DNA of 64,000 nucleotides, from assembly GCA_030390025.1 (NCBI GenBank), contig CM059432.1:62498001-62562000 (forward strand), written 5' to 3'. Position 1 is the first letter of the stretch. Every line of letters starts with the position of its first letter. The stretch is from Squalus acanthias (lineage: Eukaryota). The notes under the pieces are model-generated. The model was not told the origin of the DNA. It saw nothing but the letters and a program-made list of their open reading frames with translations, and did not search any database. Shown piece by piece: positions 1-13,139 of this stretch. Made by a program: the position numbers and the translations under genes.

Positions 1-501
1 AGTGATGGGTGCATGAGTGCAGAGGTAAGTGTGTTTGGTGTGTGTAAAGTGTTTTAATAAGTTTTACTTACCTTTACTTTCTCCTCCAGGCTTCCTCCCT
101 TCAGTTCTCGGGAGTCCCTCAGCTCACCGGCACAGAAAGCAGAATGGCCGCTGAACTGTCAAAAGCTGCAGCCTCTGCTTTCTGGTCTGGAGAGCTCTCT
201 AACTGAGTCTGAGTAGAAGGACTCAAGTTAGAAGACAGATTGTCAGTGTTTGCCAGCTTCACAGAGCTGTCAAACGCTGATATTTCATCTGTCAAAAGCT
301 CTTGACAGATGAAATGTCAATTGCTGACGTCACCAGTATCCAGGTGTCCCTTAATTGGCCTGCTGAGCCCGCTGGGCGGGCTTAACAAGGTCAATCAAGG
401 GAAAGTAGCGTGGGTTGGCCACAAATCGATGGAGGCGGGACTACAACCCAAAAAGTGGGAGTCCCGCCTCCATCACGTCCCCATTGACAAAAATCGAGCC
501 C
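1..501 (-). mobile_element. End of a Harbinger-type DNA transposon
   Basis: Ends AAAATCGAGCCC; reverse complement of 320-501 shares blocks (TTTCCCTTGATTG..CTTGTTAA, CTGGTGACGTCA) with the left end of 34481-36232; interrupts a CR1. Confidence 0.5.
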
Positions 502-1985
502 AAAGTATTTGTTTAATTTCACTGATACTTCCTTATTCCCCATTATAATTTCTCCTGTCTCAGCCTATAAGGGACCCACATTTACTTTTCCTAAGCTTTT
601 TCTTTTTACATACCTATAGAAGCTTTTACAGTCTGTTTTTATGTCTCTCATATTCAATTTTCCCTTTCTTTATCAATTTCTTGGTCCTCCTTTGCTGAAT
701 TCTAAAATCCTCCCAATCCTCAGGCTTATTAATCTTTTTGGCAACATTATAAGCCTCTTCCTTTGATCTAATACTATCTTTAACTTCTCTTGTTAGCCAC
801 GGTTGGACCACTTTTCCTGTGGGGTTTTTGTGCCTTAAAGGAATGTATATTTGTTGTAAATTATGTATTAATTCTTTAAATGCTAGCCATTGCTTGTCTA
901 CCGTCATACCTTTTAATGTAGTTTCCCAATCTACCTTCGCCAACTCGCCCCGCATACCTACGTAGTTTGATTTGTTTAGATTTAAGACCCTAATTTCGGA
1001 TTTAACTAAATCACTTTCAAACTAAATATAAAAATCTATGACATTATGGTCACTCTTCCCTAAAGGCCCCTTTACTACAAGATTATTAACTAACCCTTTC
1101 TCAATGCACAATACTAGATCTGTTCCCTGGTTGGTTCCTCAACATACTGATCCAGACAACTATCTTGAATTCGTTCTCCACACTATTACTGCAAATTTGG
1201 TTTGCCCAGTCTATATGTAGATTAAAGTCCCCCATGATTACTGCATTACCCATGTTACATGCACTTCTAATTTCCTGATTTATACTCTGCCCAACATTAC
1301 AACTACTGTTTGGGGGCCGATAAACAACTCCCACCAATGTTTTCTGCCCCTTGCTGTTTCTTAGCTCCACCCAAACGGATTCTACTTCTTGATTTAGAAA
1401 CATAGCAAAATAGGAGCAGGAGTAGGCCATTCGGCCCTTCGAGCCTGCTCTGCCATTCAATATGATCATGGCTGATCCTCTATCTCAATACCATATTCCC
1501 GCTCTCTCCCCATTCCCCTTGATAACTTTTGTGTCTAGAAATCTATCTATCTCCTTCTTAAATATAATCAGTGACTTGGCCTCCACAGCCTTCTGTGGTA
1601 GAGAATTCCACAGGTTCACCACCCTGAGTGAAGAAATTTCTCCTCATCTCAGTCCTAAATGTCCTACCCCGTATCCTGAGACTGTGACCCCTCGTTCTAG
1701 ACCCCGCAGCCAGAGGAAACATCCTCCATGCATCCAGTCTGTCTAGCCCTGTCAGAATTTTATACGTTTCAATGAGATCCCCTCTCATTCTTCTAAACTC
1801 TAGTGAACACAGGCCTAGTCGACCCAATCTCTCCTCATACGACAGTCCTGCCATCCCAGGAATCAGTCTGGTGAACCTTCGCTGCACTCCCTCTATGGCA
1901 AGTATATCCTTTCTTAGGTAAGGAGACCAAAACTGCACACAGTACTCCAGGTGTGGTCTCACCAAGTCCCTGTATAACAATAGTA

Positions 1986-2245
1986 AAAATTGAGAGGTCG
2001 CACAACACCAGGTTATAGTCCAACAGTTTTATTTGAAATCACAAGCTTTCGGAGCTATCGATTGCTCCTTCCTCAGGTGAAGTAAATTAGATACAGAATT
2101 CTGTATCTAATTTACTTCACCTGAGGAAGGAGCAATCGATAGCTCCGAAAGCTTGTGATTTCAAATAAAACTGTTGGACTATAACCTGGTGTTGTGCGAC
2201 CTCTCAATTTTGTCCACCCCAGTCCAACACCGGCATCTCCGCATC
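1986..2245 (+). mobile_element. ORF-less Penelope-like insertion: perfect 226-bp palindrome + 34-nt tail
   Basis: Arms 1986-2098/2099-2211 are exact reverse complements; TSD ATAACAATAGTAA at 1974-1986 and 2246-2258. Confidence 0.8.
2117..2158 (+). ncRNA. Minimal hammerhead ribozyme motif (mirror copy 2039-2080 on minus)
   Basis: TCAC-CTGAGGA-A-GGAGC[AATCGATA]GCTCC-GAAA-GC-TT-GTGA: core, stem I, stem II, palindromic AGCT helix III. Confidence 0.7.
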
Positions 2246-5200
2246 ATAACAATAGTAAGACATCCTTGCTCCTGTACTCAAATCCTCTTGCAATGAAGGC
2301 CAACATACCATTTGCCTTCCTAACTGCTTGCTGCACCTGCATGTTTGCTTTCAGTGACTGGTGTACAAGGACACCCAGGTCCCTTTGTACATCAACATTT
2401 CCCAATCTATCACCATTTAAATAATACTCTGCCTTTCTGTTTTTCCTACCGAAGTGGATAACTTCACATTTATCCACATTATACTGCATCTGCCATGTAT
2501 TTGCCCACTCACTCAACTTGTCTAAATCGCCTTGAAGCCTCTTTGCATCCTCCTCACAACTCACAATCCCACCTACTGTCGTGTCGTCAGGAAACTTGGA
2601 AATATTACATTTGGTTCCCTCATCCAAATCATTGATATATATTGTGAATAGCTGGGGCCCAAGCACTGATCCCTGCAATACCCCACTAGTCACTGCCTGC
2701 CACCCTGAAAAAGACCCATTTATTCCTACTCTCTGTTAACCAATTTTCAATCCATGCCAGTATATTACCCCCAATCCCATGTGCTTTAATTTTGCACACT
2801 AACCTCTTATGTGGGACTTTATCAAAAGGTCTTCTGAAAATCCAAATACACCACATCCACTGGTTCTCCCTTATCTATTCTACCAGTCACATCCTCAAAA
2901 AGGTCCAGTAGGTTTGTCAACCACGATTTCCCTTTCATAAATCCATGTTGACCTTGTCTAATCCTGTTGATATTTTCTAAGTGTTCTGTTATCACATCCT
3001 TTATAATAGACTCTAGCATTTTCCCTACTACTGATGTTAGGCTAACCAGTCAATAGTTCCCTGTTTTCTCTCTCCCTCCTTTTTTAGATAGTGGGGTTAC
3101 ATTTGCCACCCTCCAATCTGCAGGAACTGTTCCATAATCTATAGAATTTTGGAAGATGACAACCAATGCATCCACTATTTCCATGGCTACCTCTTTTAGT
3201 ACTCTGGGATGCCGATTATCAGGCCCTGGGGATTTATCGGCTTTCAGTCCCATTAATTTCTCCAGCACTATTTTTTTTTTACTAATACTAATTCCCTTTA
3301 ATTCCACCTTCTCACTAGACCCTTGGTTCCCTAGCATTTCTAGGAAGTTATTTGTGTCCTCTTCCGTGAAGACAGAACCAAAGTATTTGTTTAATTGCTC
3401 TGCCATTTCCTTGTTCCCCATTATAAATTCTCCCGTTTCTGACTGTAAGAGCTAAGATCCTTTCTCTCTACTGTCTTTATCCCATCCTTTATCAGGGCTA
3501 CCCCTCCTCTTTTTCCATTTTGCCTATCTCTTCTAAAAGTTAAGTATCCTGGAATATTTAGTTCCCAACCTTGGCCACTTGGCAACCACTTCTCCATTAT
3601 GGCTATTAGATCAAACCTGTTAATTTCTTTCTGCGCTATTAATTTATCTATTTTGTTGTGAATGCTTCGCACAGATATAGTGCCTTTAGCTTTGACTTAT
3701 TTCTATTTTTCCCTGATGTCACCTTAGTCACTGATGCCTTATTACCTTTGTTACTCTCTCTGTCCCTTCCTGCTTATTTTTATCCAAAACTCTACTCTGC
3801 TCTACAGCCTTGACATTTCTCTCGCTGCTTTTAAATTTACTCTTTCCTGAATCCTCCCACCACCCCCCGCTTCATTAGTTTAAAGCCATGTCTACTGCCC
3901 TAGTTCGCCAGGACACTGGTCCCAGCCCGCTTTAAGTGGAGCCCGTCCCAATGGAACAGCTCCCTATTTCCCCAGTACTGGTGCCAGTGCCCCATGAACT
4001 GAAACCCATTCTCCCACACCACTCTCTGAGCCACGCATTTAAACGTCTAATCTGTTTGTCCCTATGCTAATTTGCGCGTGGCTCAGGTAACAATCCAGAG
4101 ATTATTACCTTTGAGGTTCTGCTTTTTGATTTGGATCCTAGCTCCTCAAACTCCCTCAGCAGAACCTCATTCCTAGTTCTACCTGCCATTGGTTCCGACG
4201 TGGACCACGACAACTGGATCCTCCCCCTCCCACTCCAAGTTCTTCTCGAGCTGCGAGGAGATGTCTTTAACCCTGGCACCAGGCAGGTAACACAACCTTC
4301 GGGACTCTCGGTCACGGCTGCAGAGAACAGTATCTATCCCCCGACTATACTGTCCCCTACCACAACTACATTCCTTTTCACTCCTCCCACTTGAATGGCC
4401 TCCTGCATCATGGTCAGCTTGCTCATCCATCCTGCAGGCTTTTCCCTCATCCACACAGGCAGCAAGAACCTCACACCTGTTGGACAAGGGCAAAGGCTGA
4501 GGCTCCTCCAGCACTTCACCTGGGGTCCCCTTACCTGCCTAAGTTGCAGTCACACCGTCCTGTCACTGACCACTAATCAGACCTGTACCACTACCTAACC
4601 TAAGGGGTGTGTCTGCCTCCTGGATCAAAGTCTCCCCATCCCTGATACCCCGCAATATCTGCACCCTAGACTCCAGCTCAAAAACTCTGAGCTGAAGTTC
4701 CTCAAGATGCAGGCACTTACTGCAAACGTGGTTGTCCGAGATCATAATGTTCTCCACAAACTCCCACATGCTGCAGTTGCGGCACACCACCTGCACTGCC
4801 ATCCCTATATGACCTTATTTTATTTAATTAAATGTGTTTTTAGGTAACTCAGTTTACAGTGTAGTTTCTTGACTACTTATTTGATCTAGATTAAGTTAAG
4901 GGTACTGAAATTAAATATCTACCTGTAACACAAAGCACTACAAGTAGTGTAGGCAAAAAGCAACAACTCCTTCCCCCATTTCTCCAAATTCCCACTCTTT
5001 CCAAATTCCCAAATAAAACACTCTGTTCAAGTCCACTCCATTTAATCCCACTCACATTTAGTGCATGAGAAGACACAGGGATAAATCTTAGTTTCACTGC
5101 CAAATCACAGAAATGTAAACAATTATCATTAAGATGTATGGGTTATTTAAGCGAATCAAGAAAAGAACAATTTAAGTAGCTTACTTAGAATGAGCATTTA

Positions 5201-5364
5201 GCTTAGTACTGTATTGTTTAATTGAGTGCCTATTATTATTTGTTCCACAGTGCTCTAACTTTTTTTTTAATTCATTTTTTAAATGGGATTTGAAAACAAG
5301 GTCAGCAAGCACAGGGGTGATAGGTGAACGGGACTTGGTGCGAGTTTGGACACGGGCAGCAGAG

Positions 5365-7963
5365 TTTTTTTTTAATTTGTTCATGAGATGTGGGCGTCGC
5401 TGGCAAGGCCAGCAGTTATTACCCATCCCTAATTGCCCTTGAGAAGGTGGTGGTGAGTCGCCTTCTTGAACCGCTACAGTTCGTGTGGTGAAGGTCCTCC
5501 CACAGTGCTGTTAGGGAGGGAGTTCCAGGAATTTGACCCAGCGACGATGAAGCATCGGCGATATACTTCTAAGTCAGGATGGTGTGTGACTTGGAGGGGA
5601 ACTTGGAGGTGGTGGCGTTCCCATGTGCCTGCTGCCCTTGTCCTTCTAGGTGGAAGAGGTTGCGGGTTTGGGAGGTGCTGTCGAAGAAGCCTTGGCGAGT
5701 TGCTGCAGTGCATCTTGTAGATAGTACACACTGCAGCCACGGTACGCCGGTGGTGGAGGGAGTGAATGTTTAAGGTGGTAGATGGGGTGCCAATCAAGCG
5801 GGCTTCTTTGTCCTGGATGGTGTCGAGCTTCTTGAGTGTGGTTGGAGCTGCACTCATCCAGGCAAGTGGAGAGTATTCCATCACACTCCTTACTTGTGCC
5901 TTGTAGATGGTGGAAAGGCTTTGGGGAGTCAGGAGGTGAGACACTCGCCGCAGAATGCCTAGCCTCTGACCTGCTCTTCTTGTCACAGTATTTATGTGGC
6001 TGGTCCAGTTAAGTTTCTGGTCAATGGTGACCCCCCCAGGATGTTGATGGTGGGGGATTCGGCAATGGTAATGCCATTGAATGTCAAGGGGCGGTGGTTA
6101 GACTCTCGCTTGTTGGAGATAGTCATTGCCTGGCACTTCTGTGGCGCAAATGTTACCTGCCACTTATCAGCCCAAGCCTGAACGTCGTCCAGGTCTTGTT
6201 GCATGTGGGCATGGACTGCTTCATTATCTGAGGAGTTGTGAATGGCACTGAACACTGTGCAGTCATCAGCGAACATCCCCATTTCTGACCTTATGTTGGA
6301 GGGAAGGTCATTGATGAAGCAGCTGAAGATGGTTGGGTCTAGGACACTGCCCTGAGGAACTCCTGCAGCGATGTCCTGGGGCTGTGATGATTGACCTTCA
6401 ACCACCACAACCATCTTCCTTTGTGCTAGGTAGGACTCCAGCCAGTGGAGAGTTTCCCCCCTGATTCCCATTAACTTCAGTTTTACTAGGGCTCTTTGAT
6501 GCCACACTCGGTCAAATGCTGCCTTGATGTCTAGGGCAGTCACTCTCACCTCACCTCTGGAATTCAGCTCCTTTGTCCATGTTTGGACCAAGGCTGTAAT
6601 GAGGTCGGGAGCCGAGTGTTCTTGGCGGAACCCAAGCTGGGCATCAGTGAGCAGGTTATTGGTGAGTAAGTGCCACTTGATAGCACGGTCGAAGACACCT
6701 TCCATCACTTTGCTGATGATTGCGAGTAGACAGATCAGGCGGCAATTGGCCGGATTGGATTTGTCCTACTTTTTGTGGACAGGCCATACCTGGGCAGTTT
6801 TCTACATTTTCGGATAGATGCCAGTGTTGTTGCTGTACTGGAACAGCTTAGCTAGAGGCGCGGCTAGTTCTGGAGCACAAGTCTTCAGCACGATAGCCGG
6901 GATGATGTCAGGGCCCATAGCCTTTGCTGTATCCAGTGCGCTCAGCCGTTTCTTGATTTCATGTGGAGTGAATCGAATTGGCTGAAGACTGGCTTCTGTG
7001 ATGGTGGGGATCTCAGGATTAGGCCGATATGGATCATCCACGAAGCACTTCTGGCTGAAGATGGTTGCAAAAGCTTCAGCCTTGTCTTTTGCACTCATGT
7101 GCTGGGCTCCACCATCATTGAGGATGGGGATATTCATGGAGCCTCCTCCTCCCGTTAGTTGTTTAATGGTCCACCACCATTCACAACTCGATGTGGCAGG
7201 ACTGCAGAGCTTTGATCTGATCCGTTGATTGTGGGATCGCTTAGCCCTGTCTATAGCATGCTGCTTCCGCTTTTTAGCATGCATGTAGTCCTGTGTTGCA
7301 GCTTCCCCAGGTTGGCACCTCATTTTTAGGTACGCCTGGTGCTGCTCCTGGCATGCTCTTCTACACTCCTTATTGAACCAGGATTGGTCCCCTGGCTTGA
7401 TGGTAATGGTAGAGTGAGTGATATGCCGGGCCATGAGGTTCCAGATTGTGGTGGAATATAATTCTGCTGCTGCTGATGGCCCACAGCGCCTCATGGATGC
7501 CCAGTTTTGAGCTGCTTGATCTGTTCTGAATCTATCCCATTTAGCACTGTGGTAGTGCCATACAACACGATGGAGGGTATCCTCAGTGTGAAGACTGACA
7601 GCTATGTCCTTCAGGACTCGGCCAGCTCGGTCAGTAGTGGTGCTACCGAGCCACTCTTGGTGATGGACATTGAAGTCCCCCACCCAGAGTACATTCTGTG
7701 CCCTTGCTACTCTCAGTGCTTCTTCCAAGTGGTGTTCAACATGGAGGAGCACTGATTCATCAGCTGAGGGAGGGCGGTAGGTGGTAATCAGCAGGAGGTT
7801 TCCTTGCCCATGCTTGACTTGAAGCCATGAGACTTCATGGGGTCCGGAGTCAATGTTGAGGACTCCCAGGGCCACTCCTTCCCGACTGTATACCACTGTG
7901 CCACCACCCCTGGTGGGTCTATCCTGCCGGTGGTGATGGAGGAGTTTGGGACATTGGCTGAAA
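5365..7963 (-). mobile_element. EN+RT LINE (CR1/L2 group, ORF1-less family), copy A, 5'-truncated
   Basis: ORFs 6802-7995 (TYRPP, GDFNVHH), 5992-6708 (LDIKAAFD, PQGS, FADD), 5474-5986; poly-T at 3' end. Confidence 0.9.
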
Positions 7964-8279
7964 TTCAGCTGTCTCTTGTAAATCATAATTTTCACTTTTC
8001 AGATACAAAAGACTCATAATCTGGATCAGCCAGATCACGGAGTTCTGACAATCTGCTTCTTTGCACCATAAAACAATTGCAATTAATATGAATAGTAAGT
8101 CGGGAAACTGATAGATACATTACCATTTTACCAGACCATTAACATTAAACTTAAGCCCAAAGTCCAGGTAAAACCTAGAACAAATACAATTACACAATAT
8201 CTGGCAGTCTTAAATTTCCATCTCTTATTGATTCTGTTTTCAGTCTGACTGACACACTTCCAACTGTCGTTTCACCCAC

Positions 8280-8370
8280 CTGTGACTAGACTTCGGTTGA
8301 TCTGCCCCCCGAGGGACCCGAGTAACCGCACCACTCTACGCCGCACAGCTGCAGCAGGGGACTCTTCACT
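8280..8370 (-). CDS. PRKDC: DNA-PKcs exon 23 (91 nt); gene continues beyond window start
   Basis: SEESPAAAVRRRVVRLLGSLGGQINRSLVT; exon 24 not found in 1-8279. Confidence 0.94.
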
Positions 8371-8487
8371 CTGTTTCATGAACAGAAAAATAAAAAAATG
8401 ATTTAAAAGCAGACTTGCATTATTCACCAATGGCTATATTTTGTAGATACAGGCTATAGGGCCAAATTTCAAATGATTGTCACATAC

Positions 8488-8591
8488 CATAGAAAGATCC
8501 CTTGCGTTTTTCAGGCGACGTATAAGAACCTTGTTTCCTCCTTTACTTGAAGTATTAATGCTCATCATTTCCCAGTTGTTTTCAAACTCAT
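8488..8591 (-). CDS. PRKDC: DNA-PKcs exon 22 (104 nt)
   Basis: NEFENNWEMMSINTSSKGGNKVLIRRLKNARDLSM, donor GTATGT. Confidence 0.92.
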
Positions 8592-8920
8592 CTAATAGGA
8601 AGTTAAAAAATGAAGTTCCCATAATTAAAACACTCGGTTTTATAATCATGGCATTTTTCTATCATAATGCATGTGTGCAGAGCTTTAAAACACAGTCAAA
8701 TCCTGGTCATTTTTTCACGTTAGTTGATGTCTTTAGAGAGGGTGTTTAAAGTTGTACAAAACGCAAGTGTGAGCTGTGGTTTAGCTGGCATCACTCACAT
8801 CCCTATGTCAGAAGATGATGGGTTCAACCCCACTCCAGAGGTTTGGGCAAATAATCCAGGCTGACACTGCAGGGATTACTGCAGGGGATCGGGGGAACAA
8901 GAGCTTGGAGAGAGAGGAGC

Positions 8921-9270
8921 TCAGAGAAGGTCGTCAGGAACTCGAGGGTCAGGGGAAGGTCGTCAGGAACTCGAGGGTCAGAGGAAGGTCGTCAGGAACT
9001 CGAGGGTCAGGGGAGGTCGTCAGGAACTCGAGGGGAGGGGGGTCAGGGGAAGGTCGTCAGGAACTCGAGGGGAGGGGGGTCAGGGGAAGGTCGTCAGGAA
9101 CTCGAGGGGAGGGGGGTCAGGGGAAGGTCGTCAGGAACTCAAGGGGGGGTAGGGGAAGGTCAGGAGCTCGGGGGGGGGGGGGGGGGGGTAGGGGAAGGTC
9201 AGGAGCTCGGGGGGGGGGGGGTGGTGGGGGGGAGAGGAGAGGCCGGGAACTCACAGGGTGGAGGGGGGGA
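8921..9270. repeat. G-rich minisatellite, core GAAGGTCGTCAGGAACTCGAGGG, ~29-37-bp period
   Basis: About 7 clear and 2 degenerate units, ending in poly-G tracts. Confidence 0.9.
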
Positions 9271-9579
9271 AAATGAGAGCAAGAACGTGATCCAGATGGG
9301 TAGATAGATCACGCTCTCCCGCCCCGTTAGGCCTAGATCATGCTCTTCCACTCCCATCCCCTTTACACCTACACCACATTCTCCCTCTCCTCCCCCCCAC
9401 CCCACCAGACTGCAGCGGTTCAAGGCGGCAGCTCATGACTACCCTCTCAAGGGAACCCACGCCGGCTTTTCAATACAAAACCGCGCATGCGTGGTATCTT
9501 AAAGGGGCCGCGCAGGGCCAAACAAGATTAGAGGGAACATTGATTCTGTGTTGTTCCTACAACATGCATAACATTGCAT

Positions 9580-9955
9580 TTATGTGTTATTTGCCGGACT
9601 CGACTATTCCAATGTTCTCCTGGCCAGGCTCCCATCTTCCACCCTCAGTGAACTTGAGCTCATCCAAAACTCTGCTGCACGAATCCTAACACGCACCAAG
9701 TTCCATTCACCCATCACCTCTGTACTTGTTGACCTACAGTGGCTCATGGTCCACCAACAACGTTCCCACTAAACTGCACGGCCACAAACTGTCTGGAGGT
9801 CCCGCGCAGGCCACTTACCGGCTTTTGAATGGGAGATTTTGCACATGTGCGAAATTTTGAATGGGCCATGCAGCCGAAAAAATTGAGAGAAACATTGTCC
9901 ACCAACAACTTGATTTTAAAATTCTCATCTTCATGTTAAAATCCCTCCATGGCTA
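9580..9955 (+). mobile_element. L2 LINE ORF2 C-terminal fragment
   Basis: LDYSNVLLA..LELIQNSAARILT..SPITSVLVDLQWL..FKIL. Confidence 0.8.
9758..9897. mobile_element. hAT-type MITE (140 bp) inside the L2 fragment
   Basis: 8-bp TSD TCCACCAA (9750-9757, 9898-9905); imperfect TIR CAACGTTCCCACTAA / TTGAGAGAAACATTG; related right end at ~9455-9542. Confidence 0.7.
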
Positions 9956-10554
9956 CCTGAAACTTTGAACTGCACTGTATTATCAAATGACATTTTAAAT
10001 AATCCTGGAATCCCTGTTCATCATTTCCACAAGTCCTTCTTCATCTGCTTACTTTACTTTTCACATTTTCTTTCTCAGGATACGGACATTCTGAAACTCT
10101 TCCCCCCTCCTGTTACCATCAGCAAGCTTTTAAAAGCCCAACTTGGATGTCACCTAATCACTATTTCAGGATTTATTTTGTTTCTCCACTACTCTTTTCA
10201 ACTTTGGTGGTGTTCTGCATTGTGAGTCCTAGCCCTTCACTCAGGCTTCTGAATAAAAAGACTTTACTGTGCACCTGACTATTACTATTCTCCAGCTGAT
10301 GTTCATCTGTTTTACAAGCCCGCTCAACCAGTAAACTAGATATAATACAACAGCGATGCATCATTTATTATTGAGTAATCACAACATGTGCCCAAGTGCT
10401 AGGTGGACAAGTCTAAACACTTTTGCAACATTCTAAAGCACAACCCTTTATTCCAGCCTTTTACACCATGCTGAACAATTTTATTTAATGGATGGAAAAA
10501 AGAGTGAGTTTATCGACTAGAGTGGAAAAACAGAGACAAACTGAAACTTCTTAC

Positions 10555-10711
10555 TCAAAGCTGCTGTTTTCAGGTAGCCATCCAGGTGTGGTAAAATGTC
10601 CTTGTAGTAAGGCTGAATGACATGCTTGGATATACGAGTAGACCAGTCCTCCAGAGCGTCCAATCCAGCATCAGCAAGTGGGATGTGGCTAAGGCCGAGT
10701 TTAAATGCTGT
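10555..10711 (-). CDS. PRKDC: DNA-PKcs exon 21 (157 nt)
   Basis: [24 protein letters not shown]...[20 protein letters not shown], donor GTAAGA. Confidence 0.95.
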
Positions 10712-10734
10712 CTGATTGGGGGCGGGGAAGAAAG

Positions 10735-13135
10735 TAATCATAGAATAATTTAATTTTATAGCAAATTCGGCGCATCGTGCCAACTCTCTGAAAGAATCAA
10801 CCACTTAGTCACATTCCCCTGCCCCATACCCTTTTAAGTTTTTCTCTCTTAAATATTTATCCCCTTTTTTTTTTAAAAGCAATTATAGATTCCTCTTCCA
10901 CCACTGTTGCTGATAGGGCATTCCTTATCTGAGCAACCCTCTTTGTAAAAAAAATTAATTCTCCTAGATTCTCACATTGCTCTTTTGGTGATAATCTTAG
11001 ATGAATACCCTCCAGTTACTGACTCAATGGCCAGTGGAAATACTTTTTTCCTTAACCCCTCACAATTTTGAATATCTCTACCAGATCTCATTTTAACCTT
11101 TGTTCCAATGAAAATAGCCCCAATTTCTCTAGTTTCTCCTCATAAGTAAAGCCTCTCCATCCCCAATATCATCATAGGAATCTCTTCTGTACGCTCTCTA
11201 CGACCTTGACATCTTTCTTAAAGTAAGCCATCCAAACCTGGGCACAATATTCTAACTTTGGCTTAACCAATGATTTGTATCTTAGCATTACCTCTTTGCT
11301 CTTGTACTATACATCCCCATTTATAAAACCTAGGATCCCATATGCTTGCTTTTTTTTTTTACAGCTTTATCAATTTGTCCTCCCACTTCTAAATATTTGT
11401 ATATCTGAATCCCTAATTATCTCCATTCCTCTACTCCTTTTAAATTTTCATCATTTAGTGTATATATTCCCTCTTCATCCCAAAATGTATCACCTCTCAA
11501 TTCTCTGGATTAAATTGCATCTGACATTTATCTACCCAATCTAATAACCTGTCCATGTCCTCCTGAAGTCGCTTAGTCAGTCCTCTGCAGTTCACCAGTG
11601 CCTATTTTGGTGTCATCTGCAAATTCTGATTTTTACCCCCATACCCAAGTCAAGATCATTTAAATATATGGACAAAAGCAATGGACTAACCACTGACCCC
11701 TGGAGGATTTTTAAAAAATTTTTATTCGTTTTATGGGATCTGGGCGTCGCTGGCAAGGCCAGCATTTATTGCCCATCCCTAGTTGCCCTTGAGATGGTGG
11801 TGGTGAGCCACCTTCTTGAACCGTTGCAGTCCGTATGGTGATGGTACTCCCACAGTGCTGTTAGGGAGGGAGTTCCAGGATTTTGACCCAGCGACGATGA
11901 AGGATCAGCGATATACTTCTAAATCAGGATGGTGTGTGACTTGGAGGGGAACTTGGTGGTGGTGGTGGTGGTCCCATGCGCCTGCTGCCCTTGTCCTTCT
12001 AGGTGGAAGAGGTCGCGGGTTTGGGAGGTGCTGCCGAAGAAGCCTTGACGAGTTGCTGCAGTGCATCTTGTAGATGGTACACACTGCAGCCACGGTACGC
12101 CGGTGGTGGAGGGAGTGAATGTTTAAGGTGGTGGATGGGGTGCCAATCAAGCGGGCTGCTTTGTCCTGGATGGTGTCGAGCTTCTTGAGTGTTGTTGGAG
12201 CTGCACTCATCCAGGCAAGTGGAAAGTATTCCATCACACTCCTTACTTGTGCTTTGTAGATGGTGGAAAGGCTTTGGGGAGTCAGGAGGTGAAACACTCG
12301 CCGCAGAATACCTAGCCTCTGACCTGCTCTTGTTGCCACAGTATTTATGTGGCTGGTCCAGTTAAGTTTCTGGTTAATGGTGACCCCCAGGATGTTGATA
12401 GTGGGGGATTCAGCGATGGTAATGCCATTGAATGTCAAGGGGAGGTGGTTAGACTCTCGCTTGTTGGAGATAGTCATTGCCTGGCACTTAAGTGGCAGGT
12501 AACATTCGCGCCACAGATCAGCCCAAGCCTGAATGTCGTCCGGGTCTTGTTGCATGTGGGCATGGACTGCTTCATTATCTGAGGAGTTGTGAATGGCGAT
12601 GAACACTGTGCAGTCATCAGCGAACATCCCCATTTCTGACCTTATGTTGGAGGGAAGGTCATTGATGAAGCAGCTGAAGATGGTTGGGCCTTGGACACTG
12701 CCCTGAGGAACTCCTGATTGACCTTCAACCACCACAACCATCTTCCTTTAGCTAGGTATGACTCCACTGTTTATATCCCTCCAGTCCTAAAAACACCCAT
12801 TAACCACTAATTTTTTTCCTGTCCTTTAACCAAGTTCCTATTCATGTTGCTACATTCTCCAATATCATATACCATAACTTTGTCAACAAGCCTCCTCTGT
12901 GGCACTTAATCATTTTGACAATCCATATACACAACATCCATTCCATAGCCTTAATCAATTCACTCTGTTCTTTTCTTAATAAACTCTTACATTTTTTAGA
13001 CATGATGTACTTTTTACAGAAACATGCTGGTTGTCTTTAATTAACCTATGTCTTTCTAAGCAAATATAAATTTTATCCCATATTATGGGTTCTATAAACT
13101 TACACACTACCTGTACTAATGGTCGGCTGACTGTT
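10735..13135 (-). mobile_element. Old CR1 fragment, interrupted by LINE copy B
   Basis: Degenerate CR1 RT/3' sequence at 10735-11705 resuming at ~12767. Confidence 0.6.
11715..12766 (-). mobile_element. EN+RT LINE copy B (3' part)
   Basis: ORF 11905-12741 with PQGS, FADD; near-identical to copy A. Confidence 0.9.
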
Positions 13136-13139
13136 CTTT

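Larger units (their letters stand above)
1395..3448 (-). mobile_element. 5'-truncated CR1 LINE (RT to 3' UTR) nested in the older CR1
   Basis: KSPGPD, YLDFQK, QGSVLGP, YINDL, RPHLEYCVQFWSP, CR1 3' hairpin/tail at ~1395-1450. Confidence 0.9.
502..4810 (-). mobile_element. Degenerate CR1 LINE (ORF1 Zn-finger + SGNH esterase; ORF2 endonuclease), host of a nested CR1
   Basis: CRNC..CSKC, VVVGDSIV, LPGARVKD, VVHVGTN (ORF1); VVYRPP, MGDFN (EN); EN frame split at ~3449/1394. Confidence 0.85.

Noticed and set aside
8921..9210. CRISPR-like repeat array
   Set aside because: Vertebrate intron; no unique spacers and no cas genes
8815..9276. 153-aa Gly/Arg-rich ORF
   Set aside because: Translation of the minisatellite; no splice or homology support
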